64,000 nt of DNA from Pristiophorus japonicus (Eukaryota), in NCBI RefSeq assembly GCF_044704955.1, contig NC_091978.1:259656001-259720000 (forward strand). Reading direction: 5' to 3'. How positions within the stretch are numbered: position 1 is the stretch's first letter; the number at the start of each line of letters is the position of its first letter. A program made the position numbers and the translations under genes. This document shows positions 61,484 to 64,000 of the stretch, piece by piece. The notes under the pieces are model-generated. The model searched no databases, was not told where the DNA came from, and saw nothing but the letters and a program-made list of their open reading frames with translations.

Positions 61484-64000
61484 ACCTCAAAGGTAGTAAT
61501 CTCAAGATTGCTACCAGTGCCACGTGCTAGTCAGAGTAGAAATAGCAGGATAGCTCAAATGAATACGTGTCTTGAGGAGTGGTGCAGAAGGGAGGGATTC
61601 AAATTCTTGAGACATTGGAACCGGTTCTGGGGGAGGTGGGACTAGTACAAACCGACGGTCTGCACCTGGGCAGGACCAGAACTAATGTCCTACGGGGAGT
61701 GTTTGCTGGTGCTGTTGGGGAGGGGTTAAACTAATATGGCAGGGGGATGGGAACCTATGCAGGGAGACAGAGGGAAGTAGAATGGGGGCAGAAGCAAAAG
61801 ATAGAAAGAAGAAAAGTAAAAGTGGAGGGCAGAGAAACCCAAGGCAAAATTCAAAAAGGGCCACATTACAGCAAAATTCTAATGGGCAAAGTGTGTTAAA
61901 AAGACAAGCCTGGAGGCTCTGTGCCTCAATGCGAGGAGTATTTGTAATAAGGTGGATGAATTAACTGCGCAGGCAGAAATTAACGAATATGATATAATTG
62001 GCATCACGGAGACATGGCTCCAGGGTGACCAAGGCTGGGAACTCAACATCCAGGGGTATTCAACATTCAGGAAGGATAGACAGAAAGGAAAAGAAGGCCG
62101 GGTAGCATTGCTGGTTAAAGAGGAAATTAACGCAATAGTAAGGAAGGACATTAGCTTGGATGATGTGGAATCTGTATGGGTGGAGCTGCGGAATACCAAA
62201 GGGCAGAAAACGCTAGTGGCAGTTGTGTACAGACCACCAAACAGTAGTAGTGAGGTTGGGGACAGCACCAAACAAGAAATTAGGGATGCGTGCAATAAAG
62301 GTACAGCAGTTATCATGGGCGACTTTAATCTACATATAGATTGGGCTAACCAAACTGGTAGCAATGTGGTGGAGGAGGATTTCCTGGAGAGTGTTGGGGA
62401 TGGTTTTCTAGACCAATATATCGAGGAACTAGCTAGAGAGCTGGCCATCCTAGACTGGGTGATGTGTAATGAGAAAGGACTAATTAGCAATCTTGTTGTG
62501 CGAGGCCCCTTGAGGAAGAGTGACCATAATATGGTAGAATTCTTTATTAAGATGGAGAGTGACACAGTTAATTCAGAAACTAGGGTCCTGAACTTAAGGA
62601 AAGGTAACTTCGATGGTTTCAGGCGTGAATCAGCTAGAATAGACTGGTGAGTGATACTTAAAGGGTTGACGGTGGATAGGCAATGGCAAACATTTAAAGA
62701 TCACATGGATGAACTTCAACAATTGTACATCCCTGTCTGGAGTAAAAATAATACGGGGAAGGTGGCTCAACCGTGGCTAACAAGGGAAATCAAGGATAGT
62801 GTTAAATCCAAGGAAGAGGCATATACTTAAAAAAGCAGCAAACCTGAGGACTGGGAGAAAATTAGAATTCAGCAGAGGAGGATAAAGGGTTTAATTAGGA
62901 GGGGGAAAATAGAATATGAGAGGAAGCTTGCTGGGAACATAAAAACTGACTGCAAAAGCTTCTATAGATACATGAAGAGAAAAAGATTAGTGAAGACAAA
63001 TGTAGGTCCCTTGCAGTCAGAATCAGGTGAATTTATAATAGAGAACAAAGAAATGGCAGGCCAATTAACAAATACTTTGGTTCTGTCTTCACGAAGCAAG
63101 ATACAAATAACCTTCCGATATACTACGGGACCAAGGGTCTAGTGAGAAGGAGGAACTGAAGAAAATCCTTGTTAGGTGGGAAATTGTGTGAGGGAAATTG
63201 ATGGGATTGAAGGCCGATAAATCCCCGGGGCCTGATAGTCTGCATCCCCGAGTACTTAAGGAAGTGGCCCTAGAAATAGTGGATGCATTGGTGATCATTT
63301 TCCAACAGTCTATCGACTCTGGATCAGTTTCTATGGACTGGAGGGTAGCTAATGTAACATCACTGTTTAAAAAAGGAGGGAGAGAGAAAATGGGTAATGA
63401 TAGACCGGTTAGCCTGACATCAGTAGTGGGGAAAATGTTGGAATCAATTATTAAAGATGAAATAGCAGCGTATTTGGAAAGCAGTGACAGAATCAGTCCA
63501 AGTCAGCATGGATTTATGAAAGGGAAATCATGCTTGACAAATCTTCTGGAGTTTTTTGAGGATGTAACTAGTAGAATGGACAAGGGAGAACCAGTGGATG
63601 TGGTGTATTTGGACTTTCAAAAGGCTTTTGACAAGGTCCCTCACAAGAGATTGGTGTGCAAAATCAAAGCACATGGTATTGGGTGTAATCTACTGACGAG
63701 GATAGAGAACTGGTTGGCAGACAGGAAGCAGAGAGTTGGGATAAATGGATCTTTTTCACAATGGCAGGCAGTGACTAGTGGGGTGCAGCAGGGCTCAGTG
63801 CTGGGACCCCAGCTATTTACAATATACATTAATGATTTAGATGAAGGAATTGAGTGTAATATCTCCAAGTTTGCAGATGACACTAAACTGGGTGGCAGTG
63901 TGAGCTGTGAGGAGGACACTAAGAGGCTGCAGGGTGACTTGGACAGGTTAGGTGAGTGGGCAATTGCATGGCAGATGCAATATAATGTGGATAAATGTGA
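61484..64000 (+). mobile_element. CR1 (end of ORF1 and decayed ORF2, runs off the window)
   Basis: Esterase C-terminus, then [26 protein letters not shown] and FADDTK. Confidence 0.92.

Overview
Vertebrate genomic DNA, inferred to be cartilaginous fish (shark) from the Deu-domain SINE and the CR1/L2/RTE repeat families. Two host genes lie on the minus strand in the same order as in human: GAR1 (six coding exons, 41185->34496, including a U12-type minor intron; probable CpG promoter near 53.0-53.5 kb) and RRH/peropsin (exons 1, 2 and the start of exon 3, 6005->1). The rest is mostly nested transposons. One minus-strand CR1 (~7.4-30.7 kb) holds a solo LTR, a chimeric CR1, a CR1 fragment and a 13.5-kb Harbinger transposon. 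The Harbinger transposase is split by an 8.2-kb endogenous retrovirus-like element, the most unusual feature here: it has a tRNA-Arg PBS, gag ending in a UGA-CUAG readthrough context, a deleted pol, and an env with an Ig-like motif and a non-gamma, F-like fusion region. Other notable items are an intact full-length RPL35A retrocopy, a tRNA-Gly head joined to a Tx1-like 3' tail within a TSD, Tx1-like fragments repeated at one 13-bp site, a 23-bp purine satellite, a 40-bp MRE-core minisatellite, and a second deleted LTR element (PBS-Pro). All calls come from reading the sequence by eye; no database searches were run, and repeat boundaries are approximate unless TSDs are quoted.
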